Part shown: positions 1-9,351 of the stretch, in pieces | Layout of the letters: each line of letters begins with the position of its first letter | Position numbering within the stretch: position 1 is the stretch's first letter | Source: a virus | Lineage: Duplodnaviria; Caudoviricetes | Reading direction: 5' to 3' (one strand) | IMG/VR virus record: IMGVR_UViG_3300030107_003389 | Coordinates: 1-51,808 of that record | Length of the DNA stretch: 51,808 bases | Notes under the pieces: model-generated | Seen by the model: only the letters and a program-made list of their open reading frames with translations | Told to the model about the DNA's origin: nothing | The model's database searches: none | Translations under genes and position numbers: made by a program

Positions 1-90
1 TATCCAAATCCATCATCTATGGTGTTTGACCATACATCTGGTGAGCCAGTTCCTTCTGCAAACGCACTACCAATAACTTGACATTTGTCG
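1..90. repeat. 90-bp terminal direct repeat (left copy); circular-assembly overlap
   Basis: 1..90 matches 51719..51808 except position 21 (G vs T at 51739), a synonymous Thr ACC/ACA third position in the capsid frame. Confidence 0.95.
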
Positions 91-605
91 TTATTAGCAA
101 CTGTATTTGCTCCAGAAGCTCCAGATACACTAATACATTTTCCTGTAAAGCTGGTATCGCTACCACCATCTGTAGGTGCAGATTCGATTCTAATAATCGC
201 TTGTCCAAAACCTACATCTGCTGCAGCAGAACCAGTTGTTCTAACTGCGAATACCATTCCTTTAATAAGCCAATCTACTGAATCACCACCTGCAGTATCT
301 ACTACAAAATTGTAGTCAGTATTTGCAGCTACTGTTCCAACAGCTCCTTTAACCAAAAATTCTCTACTTGTGTAGTCCACTTTGCTTCTATCTTCTAGGT
401 AACGGAAAATAGAATCATCAGTAGGAAGTTTTGCTGTCTTTGACAAATAGACGAAAAACGGACTTTCTTCAGGTGCTAGTTCAGCAATCCTATCAGAAAA
501 ATTATACAATCGTCTTTGGTCAAGATTTTGTGCTGCATCAGAACCTGTAGCTGTATTTACAGTATTAAACTGATTGGCATTTAATTGTCCACTTGTAATT
601 GCCAT
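1..605 (-). CDS. Major capsid protein, 5' part (joins 51718..50953 across the origin; about 456 aa; SU10/DUF5309-like)
   Basis: ATG at 605 with AAGGAGG RBS; open frame MAITSGQ...RRLYNFSDRIAELAPEESPFFVYL...VIGSAFAEGT continues in frame through the terminal overlap; follows scaffold and portal. Confidence 0.9.
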   Translation of the reverse strand, partial: MAITSGQLNANQFNTVNTATGSDAAQNLDQRRLYNFSDRIAELAPEESPFFVYLSKTAKLPTDDSIFRYLEDRSKVDYTSREFLVKGAVGTVAANTDYNFVVDTAGGDSVDWLIKGMVFAVRTTGSAAADVGFGQAIIRIESAPTDGGSDTSFTGKCISVSGASGANTVANNDKCQVIGSAFAEGTGSPDVWSNTIDDGFG

Positions 606-625
606 TTATTTCCTCCTTAGCATAA

Positions 626-1369
626 TTACTTTTTGATACTTCTTCCAATGCTATTATGACTAGAGGCATTCATAATATTATTCCACATATTATCTTCATC
701 AGAAGGCTTAGGTGGTTCTCCACCTTGTATTAAACCTGCTGATTTAGGTTTTTGCTGTGTGTTTTTAACACTTTTAATATTATTCGCTTCTTTAAGCTGT
801 TTGCCATTTTTAACATTCCAGACATTAAATAAAGTATCTAGAGGAAGTTGTTCCTTAGGTTTGGTTACAAAATCAACAAATTGCTCAGCTTCTTCTCTAG
901 AAAGATTAAAATCAGATTGAGCTCTATACTGTAGATTGTCTACAGCTCTTTGAGCATCTAATCTTGACATATAGTCATCCATTCTGGATTGAACTGCTGT
1001 CTCAATTTCGCTTTTTCTTAATTGATAAGAAGGAGAATTTGGATTTGTGTAAGCATCCCACGGATTAAATTCCTCTTCGGTTAATTTAACTTGTTCTTTT
1101 TCCTGTTCCTTACCCCCTGATAAGTGGTTTCTAACTACATCTACCAGTTCAGGATTATCCTGAAATAACTGTGCTACTGGTCTTAGTTTTGCTAACTCAG
1201 CCTCAGATTTATCATACATCGATTGGAATTTACGAGATTCGTCTTCTTGACCAACCTCGTCTGAACTCACATCTTCTTGATACTCAGACTCACTTATAAC
1301 ATTATTTTCAGAAGTTTCAGAACCTTCTAAAGCCTGTTCTTGTACATTTTCTTGTACTAATTCACTCAT
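626..1369 (-). CDS. Capsid scaffolding protein
   Basis: 247 aa, acidic N-terminus, helical/coiled-coil; between portal and capsid; AAGGAG RBS. Confidence 0.75.
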   Translation of the reverse strand: MSELVQENVQEQALEGSETSENNVISESEYQEDVSSDEVGQEDESRKFQSMYDKSEAELAKLRPVAQLFQDNPELVDVVRNHLSGGKEQEKEQVKLTEEEFNPWDAYTNPNSPSYQLRKSEIETAVQSRMDDYMSRLDAQRAVDNLQYRAQSDFNLSREEAEQFVDFVTKPKEQLPLDTLFNVWNVKNGKQLKEANNIKSVKNTQQKPKSAGLIQGGEPPKPSDEDNMWNNIMNASSHNSIGRSIKK

Positions 1370-1393
1370 AACTTCTCCTTGATGTGCTGTTTA

Positions 1394-3394
1394 TTATTCA
1401 CCAATATCCTCAGACAGTAATGAATCTACTCCAGCCGTCACCTGTTGTTGTCGTTTTAGTTTCTCTTTCTCAATATTGACTTTTTGTTGAGCACCAGCAC
1501 CAGTAACAACTTTATCAAGGTTAGATTTAAATTTCTGTACCTCAACTCTTTTCTTATCTTGTACTGATTCTCTTTGAGCAGTTTGTAAGTCTCCACTAAG
1601 AATCTTTATTTGGTCTTGTAGCTGTGCTACCATACCTTGTAATCTTTGAACTTCTCCAGTTCTTTGTAATACACCTTCTTTATCGTATATTTCTGTTTTC
1701 TTTAATGCTTCCACTTTATCAATTAATCCTAATTGATATGCTTCTAAATACATTTGATATTCTGCATGTTTATTTGAAGGCATTGTTGACCCAGCAACAA
1801 TTTTAATATCAAATTGTCCTGAGGTTAAATCGTTTTCAATAGCTAAAATTGAATTAGTTTTATCATCATATAATCTATTATTAATAGCAAATTCTGTAAT
1901 ATCATTATTAGGTTGTACTATTCTAAATTTCTTTTCAAAAGTATAATGTCCTTTAGCAAGTTGATATAATACTTTTCCTAATTGTTGTAAAGACATTTCT
2001 ATATCTCTCAATTTAGCAGCACCTCTACCTTCTCCCATTTGTGCAAGTAACATTGTTCCTCTAACACTATTAGGAGCACCTTCTTTCATTCCTTGCAATA
2101 ATTCAGGAACACCAAAATTTAAATCAATATATCTTTCACATTGATTAATTAATTGATAGAACTCTCCTGATAATGCTTGAGGAGCTGGAAAATGAGGTTC
2201 TCCATAACTTGGGTCATATTCTAATACAGCATTAGGGTTTGCCCAATCTTTTTCTAATTGTCTTAAATCTTCTACACTTCCTTGAGGAACAAGTAATTTT
2301 AAACCTGCAGATGATTGAGCATGTGCTAAAGCTAAAGAAAATAGTTTGTTTAATAATCTTTGCATATCTTTAACTTTATTTACATCTGATTTAGGGTATG
2401 GTGTATTAGTCCAAATATTTGGTATAGGAATAATAGGGTATGTATCTGTATCTAATATAGTTTCATATAGAAGAACTTGTCCTATAGATGCTGTTACTTT
2501 AATTCTTGTTTGTGGTATTTCTACATACTCATAAACATTCATTTCAAATAATCTTTCATTTTCTTCCATAAACATTTTAAATGCTTCAGAACTCATAATT
2601 TTTTCTTGTCCAGTTTGATTATCTGCTACTCTATAATAAGGAACTCTTACTTTACTAAATCTTTCAATAATTCTATATCTGTTTCCTATTGTAGATTTCC
2701 AATCTTTATTATCTACTTCAGCAGGAGTAAATACAGCATTTGAATTTTTATTTAAAGAATCTGGATAATCGCTATATATATCAGACATATTATATGTTTC
2801 TATGTCTTCTAAAAATGGAGCTACATCTGGATATAAGTTTAAAACTTGTTCTTTTGTAAGTATTGTGGACAACAATACATTTGCTGCATCTTTAAAGTAC
2901 CTGTCTCTAGAAGCAGGGTCTACATAAACACGAAATGGGTTTACATGAGTAAACATTACTTCCCCTCTACCATAATCGGCTTCAGGTTCTATATAGGCAT
3001 AAAAATAACCCATTCCTGTGGTTGCATAATCATGTACAGCTTGTTTAAAATGATGTTGTCCATCTGATATATCGTATATATATTCTAGCAATGTTCTCCA
3101 AACACTAGCCATTTTAACATCAGAATCTTCTCTAGCTGTTGCACTAAATTTAACAGGTCTTGATGTCATCAATGATTTAAGCTTATCTATAGCTGCATAA
3201 ATTCTATCAATAGTAAAATCTGCTTGTCCTATAGCTTGTAGAGAATCTGATTCTTCTTGAGTGTAATGATTGCCTAATGTAAAATCTACGGCATCTCTTG
3301 CCTCTACATCCCAATCACTACGAGCATCAGCATATTGCTGAAAAAGTTCTTTATTTTCTGTTGCTTTTTTGTCTTCTTGTATTTGTTCTATCAT
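1394..3394 (-). CDS. Portal protein (P22-like)
   Basis: 666 aa; motifs TGMGY, VNPFRVYVDP, QRLLNK and C-terminal coiled coil typical of P22-type portals; downstream of TerL. Confidence 0.9.
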   Translation of the reverse strand: MIEQIQEDKKATENKELFQQYADARSDWDVEARDAVDFTLGNHYTQEESDSLQAIGQADFTIDRIYAAIDKLKSLMTSRPVKFSATAREDSDVKMASVWRTLLEYIYDISDGQHHFKQAVHDYATTGMGYFYAYIEPEADYGRGEVMFTHVNPFRVYVDPASRDRYFKDAANVLLSTILTKEQVLNLYPDVAPFLEDIETYNMSDIYSDYPDSLNKNSNAVFTPAEVDNKDWKSTIGNRYRIIERFSKVRVPYYRVADNQTGQEKIMSSEAFKMFMEENERLFEMNVYEYVEIPQTRIKVTASIGQVLLYETILDTDTYPIIPIPNIWTNTPYPKSDVNKVKDMQRLLNKLFSLALAHAQSSAGLKLLVPQGSVEDLRQLEKDWANPNAVLEYDPSYGEPHFPAPQALSGEFYQLINQCERYIDLNFGVPELLQGMKEGAPNSVRGTMLLAQMGEGRGAAKLRDIEMSLQQLGKVLYQLAKGHYTFEKKFRIVQPNNDITEFAINNRLYDDKTNSILAIENDLTSGQFDIKIVAGSTMPSNKHAEYQMYLEAYQLGLIDKVEALKKTEIYDKEGVLQRTGEVQRLQGMVAQLQDQIKILSGDLQTAQRESVQDKKRVEVQKFKSNLDKVVTGAGAQQKVNIEKEKLKRQQQVTAGVDSLLSEDIGE

Positions 3395-3957
3395 ACTATA
3401 TACGGCTCTAAGAACTCTTTATAAAATTCTTTGTTCCTTCCTAATCTTTGTCTTTTTCCACTACTATCTTTAAAAATTCTTTCATAATGTTTAAAACCTT
3501 CTCTAGTTGGGTCATCTTCAATAGCCCCTTTTACATCATTGTTCATTAAACATTTAGATGTAGTTGGAAATTTTTTTAAACTTCCTATATTAAAACAATA
3601 ATCAGCGAGGGCATATTTTAATCTTTCATCCACTTTTTCCCACGCAAAATTTTTTTTATTTGCGTAGTTTTCAGCTTTTGATAAAGAAACTTCTATTTCA
3701 TGTCTTAAAACATCTTCTACTTCTTGTTCTGACATTCCATCAATTTCTAATTGTTCTTGCTCTTTATCTGTTCTAATTTTATATCCATACCCTATTGTTT
3801 TTAATCCTCCTTCTGGAGAATCGTATGGAAAAAATCTATCCCCTACTTTATTTTTGTAGCCCTCTACCCTTTTTAAGTAGTCTATAAATTGCTCTAATGT
3901 ATAATTAGATACCATTGCCCTAAAGAATTTAACACCAGTTATTGCTCGAAATCTCAT
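3391..3957 (-). CDS. Lysozyme/endolysin (GH24, T4-lysozyme-like)
   Basis: LKRVEG...YDSPEGGLKTIGYG catalytic E/D/T-type motif and DYCFNIG; start 3957 (ATGA overlap with TerL stop) or 3915. Confidence 0.85.
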   Translation of the reverse strand: MRFRAITGVKFFRAMVSNYTLEQFIDYLKRVEGYKNKVGDRFFPYDSPEGGLKTIGYGYKIRTDKEQEQLEIDGMSEQEVEDVLRHEIEVSLSKAENYANKKNFAWEKVDERLKYALADYCFNIGSLKKFPTTSKCLMNNDVKGAIEDDPTREGFKHYERIFKDSSGKRQRLGRNKEFYKEFLEPYIV

Positions 3958-5519
3958 ATTTTTAATCCTGTCATCCAATTTATTTTTGTTTTAGTATAAG
4001 TAGGCATATCATCAGGTGTTTGATAGTCGTCATTTTGAATAACTCCACTTCTTGGTGGCTTAGCAAAAAAGTCAGCATAATACAATCCATCAAGCAAATC
4101 GTCGTGTCTTCCTTTTGGAAATTCAAACAATTCATCTATAAGTTCTGTATGTTCTTTACGAACAAATAGTTTCTTACTATTTACAATACTTCCTAAAGAC
4201 ATTTCTAATCTATCTTCTTTTTTAATACCATGAGGAGGTTTAACTCCCTTGTTAATACCAGTTAATAGTCTTTTTTCTTTTCTAGCCATTCTTTCTAACA
4301 TGTCTCTTACCATTTCCTGAGCACCTACCGTTTCAACAGAACATCTTCTTATAGGAGCATATTTATTTGCTATTTTCAATATTTCTGCAGGCATATCAAA
4401 TGCTGGTATCTTTTCACGATAATAATCAATAACATATCTATTTTTATTACTATCAATACCCATGACCATAATTACTTGATAGTCAGACTTGTTTGTAGCT
4501 GTATGTGCTAAATCAACTCCTATATATGTGTAAATAGGTATCATTTCTTCTTTATTCTTTAAATAACTAAATTGTCCATCTGTAAAAAATTCGTAATTAT
4601 GATATTGAACTCTTTCCATTTGGAAAGTTGCAGAAGCAGCATCTCTAGCATCGTTCATATATTCTTGAGCAAATTTGTCTATTTTACCTGCTTCAATAAA
4701 TTCTTGTTTTTTCTGTTCTAGCTTTTTTAAAGGAAACTGTTCTTTCCAAACAGCTTTTCCATCTTCTATAGCTCTAATAAATGTTACTCCCCAAGGATAT
4801 GATTTATTATTTTTCTTAGCATCGTGATAACCATCGCATACATTTTGCAAGAATGCATCGTAGTGAACAATAGTTCCAGATAGCCATATCCAACCTTCAT
4901 TTCCAGGAGTTTCTTCTAAAGCAGGATATACAGTAGATACAATCCATTGTTTAATCTCATCTCTTCTTTCTGCTGTTTTTGTATTTAACTCAGATTCAAA
5001 GTCGTCAAGTATAATTCCTGTGTATCTTACATCTACCTCAGCACGACCTCTAAGTCTTTGTGAAGTACCCTTAGCAATAATACGATGACCTTTATTTGTT
5101 ACTAAGTCTTTTTCTGTCCATCTTTTACCAGTATCAGCTCCACACATATTTCCAAAATAATACTTAATAGCATGATTATTTTCTAAATGGGAACGAATAT
5201 ACTTTAAGTGGTCAATAGATTGTCCTTGTTCTTCTGCAACCCAAGCCATAAACATAGCCTGGTCTTGTGGAGTAAAACAAAGTCTGTGCATAATTGCAGC
5301 TTTCATTAATACAGATTTTCCAAAACCACGAGGCAAAACATTACAAATACGAGCCCCTGGTTTTGTACTAATTAATTTTTTACCTAAGTCATAATGAAAA
5401 GGAGGGGAAGCCGATTTATGTAAAAAATCATTTGGTAAAAATAACTTACCAAACAGTATTAAATCTTTAGATGCTTTATGTAAAAGAATCTCTTTATCTG
5501 ATAAACTAAGCTTCTCCAT
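3954..5519 (-). CDS. terL: Terminase large subunit
   Basis: Walker A LPRGFGKS, Walker B IILDDFE, SGT, FAQEYMN, nuclease GVDLA and HDDLLD. Confidence 0.95.
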   Translation of the reverse strand: MEKLSLSDKEILLHKASKDLILFGKLFLPNDFLHKSASPPFHYDLGKKLISTKPGARICNVLPRGFGKSVLMKAAIMHRLCFTPQDQAMFMAWVAEEQGQSIDHLKYIRSHLENNHAIKYYFGNMCGADTGKRWTEKDLVTNKGHRIIAKGTSQRLRGRAEVDVRYTGIILDDFESELNTKTAERRDEIKQWIVSTVYPALEETPGNEGWIWLSGTIVHYDAFLQNVCDGYHDAKKNNKSYPWGVTFIRAIEDGKAVWKEQFPLKKLEQKKQEFIEAGKIDKFAQEYMNDARDAASATFQMERVQYHNYEFFTDGQFSYLKNKEEMIPIYTYIGVDLAHTATNKSDYQVIMVMGIDSNKNRYVIDYYREKIPAFDMPAEILKIANKYAPIRRCSVETVGAQEMVRDMLERMARKEKRLLTGINKGVKPPHGIKKEDRLEMSLGSIVNSKKLFVRKEHTELIDELFEFPKGRHDDLLDGLYYADFFAKPPRSGVIQNDDYQTPDDMPTYTKTKINWMTGLKI

Positions 5520-5727
5520 ACTCCAAAATAAAGTTTTTATTAACTCCAACCAAATTCATATTTTCATCATAAATAGAAAAACAACTTTTACAAACATGGC
5601 TTTGTAATGGTATCTCATACATTTCATTTAAGAAATAATCAAATACTGGTACATGTGCAAGTGTTTTTTTAATCTCCGTCTGACATATCAGGCAGTTGTC
5701 TTGTTTGCGTCGCAATTTTTTTGACAT
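5506..5727 (-). CDS. Small Zn-finger protein
   Basis: CLIC...CKSC; GGAGG RBS; overlaps both neighbours. Confidence 0.65.
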   Translation of the reverse strand: MSKKLRRKQDNCLICQTEIKKTLAHVPVFDYFLNEMYEIPLQSHVCKSCFSIYDENMNLVGVNKNFILEYGEA

Positions 5728-6430
5728 CGTTTCCTCCTTCTAGCAATTCTAATTGCTCTTTGCTAAATCCTTTAAATAAAGTAATCGATTCTGTCTTTTG
5801 CTCTTTTTTGCCTAATAGCCCAGCTATTTCCATTAACATTTTTAGCGACGATATTTTATCTCCATCTCTCGCTTCGTCGTTATCTACAATTTCTTTAGTC
5901 TTTAATAAAAGATATTTAGGTGTAATTTCTGTTTCTTCTAAAATTCTTTGTACTTCTTTATCTATCAACTTTTTAATCCTTTCAGTTTTAAGTAATAAAT
6001 TACTTCTTTCTTTTATATACTCTTCCGACTTAGCTTTAGGAAAAGCATGTTTAAATGCATCTACAATTCCTTCACCTTTTGCAATATACTTAGCAAAAAG
6101 AAATTCATTCTTAGTGACATTTTTTCTGTCTTTAGCAATATGCTCAGACCTTTTTCCACTAAAAGAGTAGATGTTGTCTCTCATCTTACCCTCAATCTTT
6201 TGAGAAGGAACACAATGAAACATTCCGATAGCTGTTCTTATATATGGATGATTGTTTAATGAGCCTTGTTCTACTATTTGACAAACCTGCCCATCATCCG
6301 TCAAAACCCAAGCATCCAAAGGAGCATTCCTCCAATCATCATATATTTTTTCATCTGGCATAACCTGCCTAAGTTCATCGATGTTTTCATATACGAAGTG
6401 CTCCTTCCCTTTAATTATTCTTTTTTTCAT
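5669..6430 (-). CDS. terS: Terminase small subunit (with N-terminal extension)
   Basis: C-terminal half (LFAKYIAKG..AFKHAF..LLKTERIKKLI..DKISSLKML) resembles TerS; upstream of TerL. Confidence 0.7.
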   Translation of the reverse strand: MKKRIIKGKEHFVYENIDELRQVMPDEKIYDDWRNAPLDAWVLTDDGQVCQIVEQGSLNNHPYIRTAIGMFHCVPSQKIEGKMRDNIYSFSGKRSEHIAKDRKNVTKNEFLFAKYIAKGEGIVDAFKHAFPKAKSEEYIKERSNLLLKTERIKKLIDKEVQRILEETEITPKYLLLKTKEIVDNDEARDGDKISSLKMLMEIAGLLGKKEQKTESITLFKGFSKEQLELLEGGNDVKKIATQTRQLPDMSDGD

Positions 6431-7170
6431 TTTCTATGTACTATATACTTAGGTTCTTCTTTACTCAACTGTATCTCTACCCATCCTTTAGTTTGTGGCT
6501 CTAAGATACCATATCGTGCGTATTCTGCATATCCTATGAATGAACCCCCTCGTACAAACCATTGTCTTTTAACTTCTTCATTATCTTTCATGATTTCAAA
6601 AGAATCTATTGGTTTAGCATATAGTTGATGATTATGACCTAAATAGTACATATCAGCTTCTGGAAAGATGTTTCTTAATCTAGTTAGTTCCATGTCTCCG
6701 TTTTTAGCACCACTCTTCCCATGACCACTTGCTAATACAAATCTTCCATTTTTATAGTTTATTACTGTATAGCCTGGAAAAGGAAAGTATGGTATTTCTA
6801 AATCATCACACATAACACGAATTATATCAATTCCTGCTAATCTTACGGAACGAAGAGTGTCATGGTTTCCACCTCTCATGAAAATACATTTATTCAAAAT
6901 AGGTCTTACCATAGTAACAAATTGTTCGTACTGTTCGTTATTGTCAAAAGCTTGGTCGCCTTCAGGAATATGATAATTAGGTGGTATAAACTCTAACATA
7001 TCACCATTTCCGAACCAAAGAGCATTTGGGTCTTTCTTTATCTTATCTATTGCTTTCAAAAAAAGCATTCGGTCAAAAACCTTGCTTCCTACATGAACAT
7101 CTGTAAGGCAATGTATATTAACCTTAGGCTTGTTTACCGTCTTTTCTAGTATTTTACCTGGAACTATCAT
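6427..7170 (-). CDS. Calcineurin-like metallophosphoesterase
   Basis: DVHVG, GD, GNHD, HG and GHNH motifs. Confidence 0.9.
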   Translation of the reverse strand: MIVPGKILEKTVNKPKVNIHCLTDVHVGSKVFDRMLFLKAIDKIKKDPNALWFGNGDMLEFIPPNYHIPEGDQAFDNNEQYEQFVTMVRPILNKCIFMRGGNHDTLRSVRLAGIDIIRVMCDDLEIPYFPFPGYTVINYKNGRFVLASGHGKSGAKNGDMELTRLRNIFPEADMYYLGHNHQLYAKPIDSFEIMKDNEEVKRQWFVRGGSFIGYAEYARYGILEPQTKGWVEIQLSKEEPKYIVHRK

Positions 7171-7501
7171 AGTCTTTCTCCATATCTTCTAATAATTCTA
7201 CATTATCACTTGAATACAAATGATAACTAGTAAGAATTATACTATAATTTATTAAATCTAATAGGGTGTCTTCAAGTCTTTCGTCTTTTACAGCCATTTT
7301 TCCGTTTCTCCTCAACAAATTAGCAATTCTAGCCAATTTATCCGATATTCTTACCAATATTCCTGTTGGAACATCGCATATTTTAAGCGATTCTACCATT
7401 TCAAAGTTAGAAAAAGGGTCTTTTTGCTGTGCATAGTCAATATTCTTGTTATCACACAACGATTTTGCCTTTTTCACGATAGCATCATAGTTTGGAATCA
7501 T
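7154..7501 (-). CDS. Nucleotide-modification-associated domain 1 protein (NMAD1/DUF1599, all-alpha NTP-pyrophosphatase-like)
   Basis: KNIDY...SNF, RISDKLAR, DERLEDTLLDLINY motifs; GGAGG RBS before ATG 7501. Confidence 0.8.
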   Translation of the reverse strand: MIPNYDAIVKKAKSLCDNKNIDYAQQKDPFSNFEMVESLKICDVPTGILVRISDKLARIANLLRRNGKMAVKDERLEDTLLDLINYSIILTSYHLYSSDNVELLEDMEKDYDSSR

Positions 7502-7829
7502 ATTCTCCTCCTGATTTTTCCCATATATAGTTGCCAACCCCTAGTTGATATAAGGAGTTGGCAATTACCTGGACTTGTGTTTCTGATATATTCAAACTTG
7601 TTCCATGAGTTATAGCATGTAGCACCTCATGGCACAATACTTCTAAGATTTTAGAATGTTTCATGTCTCTTTCTAAGATAATGTCACATTTCCTCATACT
7701 GACAGCACCCAAGATTTCACAATCATCTGTGCCATATTCTGCTTTACCACCTTCAATAAAGCGAATAGTGTAGATATGCCCGTTAATTTCTAAACTAAGA
7801 GGCTTTTTCGGAATTTTCAGTATTTTCAT
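7485..7829 (-). CDS. Small zincin-like metallopeptidase
   Basis: HEVLH (HExxH) with downstream E (SETQV). Confidence 0.75.
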   Translation of the reverse strand: MKILKIPKKPLSLEINGHIYTIRFIEGGKAEYGTDDCEILGAVSMRKCDIILERDMKHSKILEVLCHEVLHAITHGTSLNISETQVQVIANSLYQLGVGNYIWEKSGGEYDSKL

Positions 7830-8019
7830 CGGCTTCCTTATTAATTTCTTCTTGTAAGTGTTTATTAAATTTTTCTGTATCTTTTTTCATTTCTATATAT
7901 TTATTAATAACAGACTCAAGTAACATTAATCTTTGGTTTAACTCAATAATCATTCTCTTATTGAGGGCGATATTATATACTAATTCCTTATTAGTGGGTT
8001 TTTTCTTTCTTTGTCGCAT
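7795..8019 (-). CDS. Hypothetical coiled-coil protein; first gene of the late arm, probably leaderless
   Basis: 74-aa ORF; ATG 5 nt downstream of a putative -10 box; no SD. Confidence 0.7.
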   Translation of the reverse strand: MRQRKKKPTNKELVYNIALNKRMIIELNQRLMLLESVINKYIEMKKDTEKFNKHLQEEINKEADENTENSEKAS

Positions 8020-8024
8020 AATAA

Positions 8025-8054
8025 AGGTTAAAACTGTTATTTCATGAAAGTCAA
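8025..8054 (-). promoter_or_regulatory. Putative sigma70-type promoter for the late (-) arm
   Basis: TTGACT-N18-TAACCT with T-rich upstream tract. Confidence 0.6.
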
Positions 8055-8100
8055 GAAAAAAATAAAAAAAAATTTTCTAGGGTTTGTTTTACGATAATAC

Positions 8101-8129
8101 TTGACTTATGCTTTAAATCTTCTTAAATT
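8101..8129 (+). promoter_or_regulatory. Putative sigma70-type promoter, divergent (+)
   Basis: TTGACT-N17-TAAATT. Confidence 0.6.
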
Positions 8130-8193
8130 CAGTTAGAAACTAACTGCTAATAGTCTAGTTAGTCTAACTAGTTAGTTAGTATAGTTAGCGAAA
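8130..8193. repeat. TAGTTAG/CTAACTA palindrome cluster (operator- or iteron-like)
   Basis: CAGTTAG-AAA-CTAACTG (8130-8146) and CTAGTTAG-T-CTAACTAG (8155-8171), plus further GTTAG units; the 15-mer recurs at 18957-18971. Confidence 0.75.
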
Positions 8194-8196
8194 TCC

Positions 8197-8360
8197 CTAA
8201 GTCCTTATATATCACGACTTAGACACAATACCCATTCTAAAAAAATAGCCCAAGTATGTGTGCTCTTCTTTTTTTTGCATGATACCCCCCCCCTGACTTT
8301 GTTATAGGATTGAACTTTTTAGTTGAAATTCGCCCTAAGTGTTGATATTGTTGAACTTAG
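8197..8360. repeat. Two split palindromes CTAAGT-N14-ACTTAG flanking a T-run and a C9 run
   Basis: Copies at 8197-8222 and 8335-8360 with identical 14-nt spacing. Confidence 0.75.
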
Positions 8361-8497
8361 AGCCGAGCCTTAAAAGTGAGCCGATTAGTGCTCAGACTAT
8401 ATTTTTTGAGCACTTTTCGAGCCCTCCAAATCATCCAAATCATCAAATTAGCCCTCCTGAGCACCCTTACTTTACCGACGATAAAGCCAAATAATCC

Positions 8498-8526
8498 TTG
8501 CTTGTTGCTCCTCGTATATATAAGTT
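8498..8526 (+). promoter_or_regulatory. Possible early promoter
   Basis: TTGCTT-N17-TAAGTT upstream of the first early gene. Confidence 0.4.
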
Positions 8527-8690
8527 TGTTTAGTTGGAGGTAAACCCTCGACACCTCCGACGACACAATAAGAGTTCGAGGAAAGAATAGAGAGAAAAAC
8601 ATGAATAAGACACTTTTAGCGTCAGAAATACCGACGGAGAGCACAAGTTCTCCGATAGAGAAACTAAACATCCTAAGAGGAGGATATAAC

Positions 8691-9062
8691 ATGAAAAACG
8701 AGTTAATTAACGAAAATACGACGAAACTTATCGACGAGTGCCAATTTGGTTGTGCATTGGAGATAAGCGAGAACATCGAGGAGAAAGCGAGAATATTACA
8801 GGCTATGCTCGTCGAGAACTTAGACGGAACAATTAATGCCTTAGTCGAGGCTTATGAGAAGCCATGGGATTATAGCCGAGAGGTTGTGGTTGATTTAGTA
8901 TCGACAATCAAGGGCATTAACACTTTCGACTTTGTCGTCGAGCAAGGGGATTTTTGCGATATTTTCCGAGCAAATGAGACCTTGAACGAGGTTTTTATCG
9001 TCGATGCTACTGAGGATAAATATGAGTTTATCGACGAGAACTTCGGGGAGGACTTTGTTTAA
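8691..9062 (+). CDS. Acidic early hypothetical protein
   Basis: GGAGGA RBS before ATG 8691; D/E-rich. Confidence 0.75.
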   Translation: MKNELINENTTKLIDECQFGCALEISENIEEKARILQAMLVENLDGTINALVEAYEKPWDYSREVVVDLVSTIKGINTFDFVVEQGDFCDIFRANETLNEVFIVDATEDKYEFIDENFGEDFV

Positions 9063-9312
9063 CCCGACGGCTTAACCGAGACAACGAGGCTTTGAGCACT
9101 TTGTATCGACAAGTGCCGAGAATTCGAGGGAAACCTCCGTCGAATACCCGACGGCTATTTCTCAGGGCTCAAATTCTGAGCACCGAGATAAGTGCACCCT
9201 TTATTGAGGGGAAAGTGAGGACTTACTGAGGAAAATTCGGCAAAAGCACGGCAAACTCCGTTCGCACGGGGAAGTGGGAACTTCCCTCCCTTTAAAAAGG
9301 ACTACGGAGCAA
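9063..9312 (+). ncRNA. Candidate structured non-coding island 1 (tandem short hairpins)
   Basis: GAGG-GAAA-CCTC, CCGTCG..CGACGG, GCAC(T)TTGT..ACAAGTGC, CTCCGT-TCGC-ACGGGG, GGGAAGT..ACTTCCC; ACCCGACGGCT occurs twice. Confidence 0.45.
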
Positions 9313-9351
9313 AATTAACGAAAATTCAAATAAACTATGAGGAGTTTAAAC

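Noticed and set aside
1-90. Terminal repeat as a biological direct terminal repeat
   Set aside because: It falls mid-capsid gene with one synonymous mismatch; best explained as circular assembly overlap with population variation
8426-8448. CCAAATCAT tandem repeat (about 2.5 copies)
   Set aside because: Too short to interpret on its own
9245-9300. c-di-GMP-I riboswitch-like start (GGCAAAC + hairpin)
   Set aside because: Lacks the GNRA loop, the GACGCAAAGC junction and the second stem consensus
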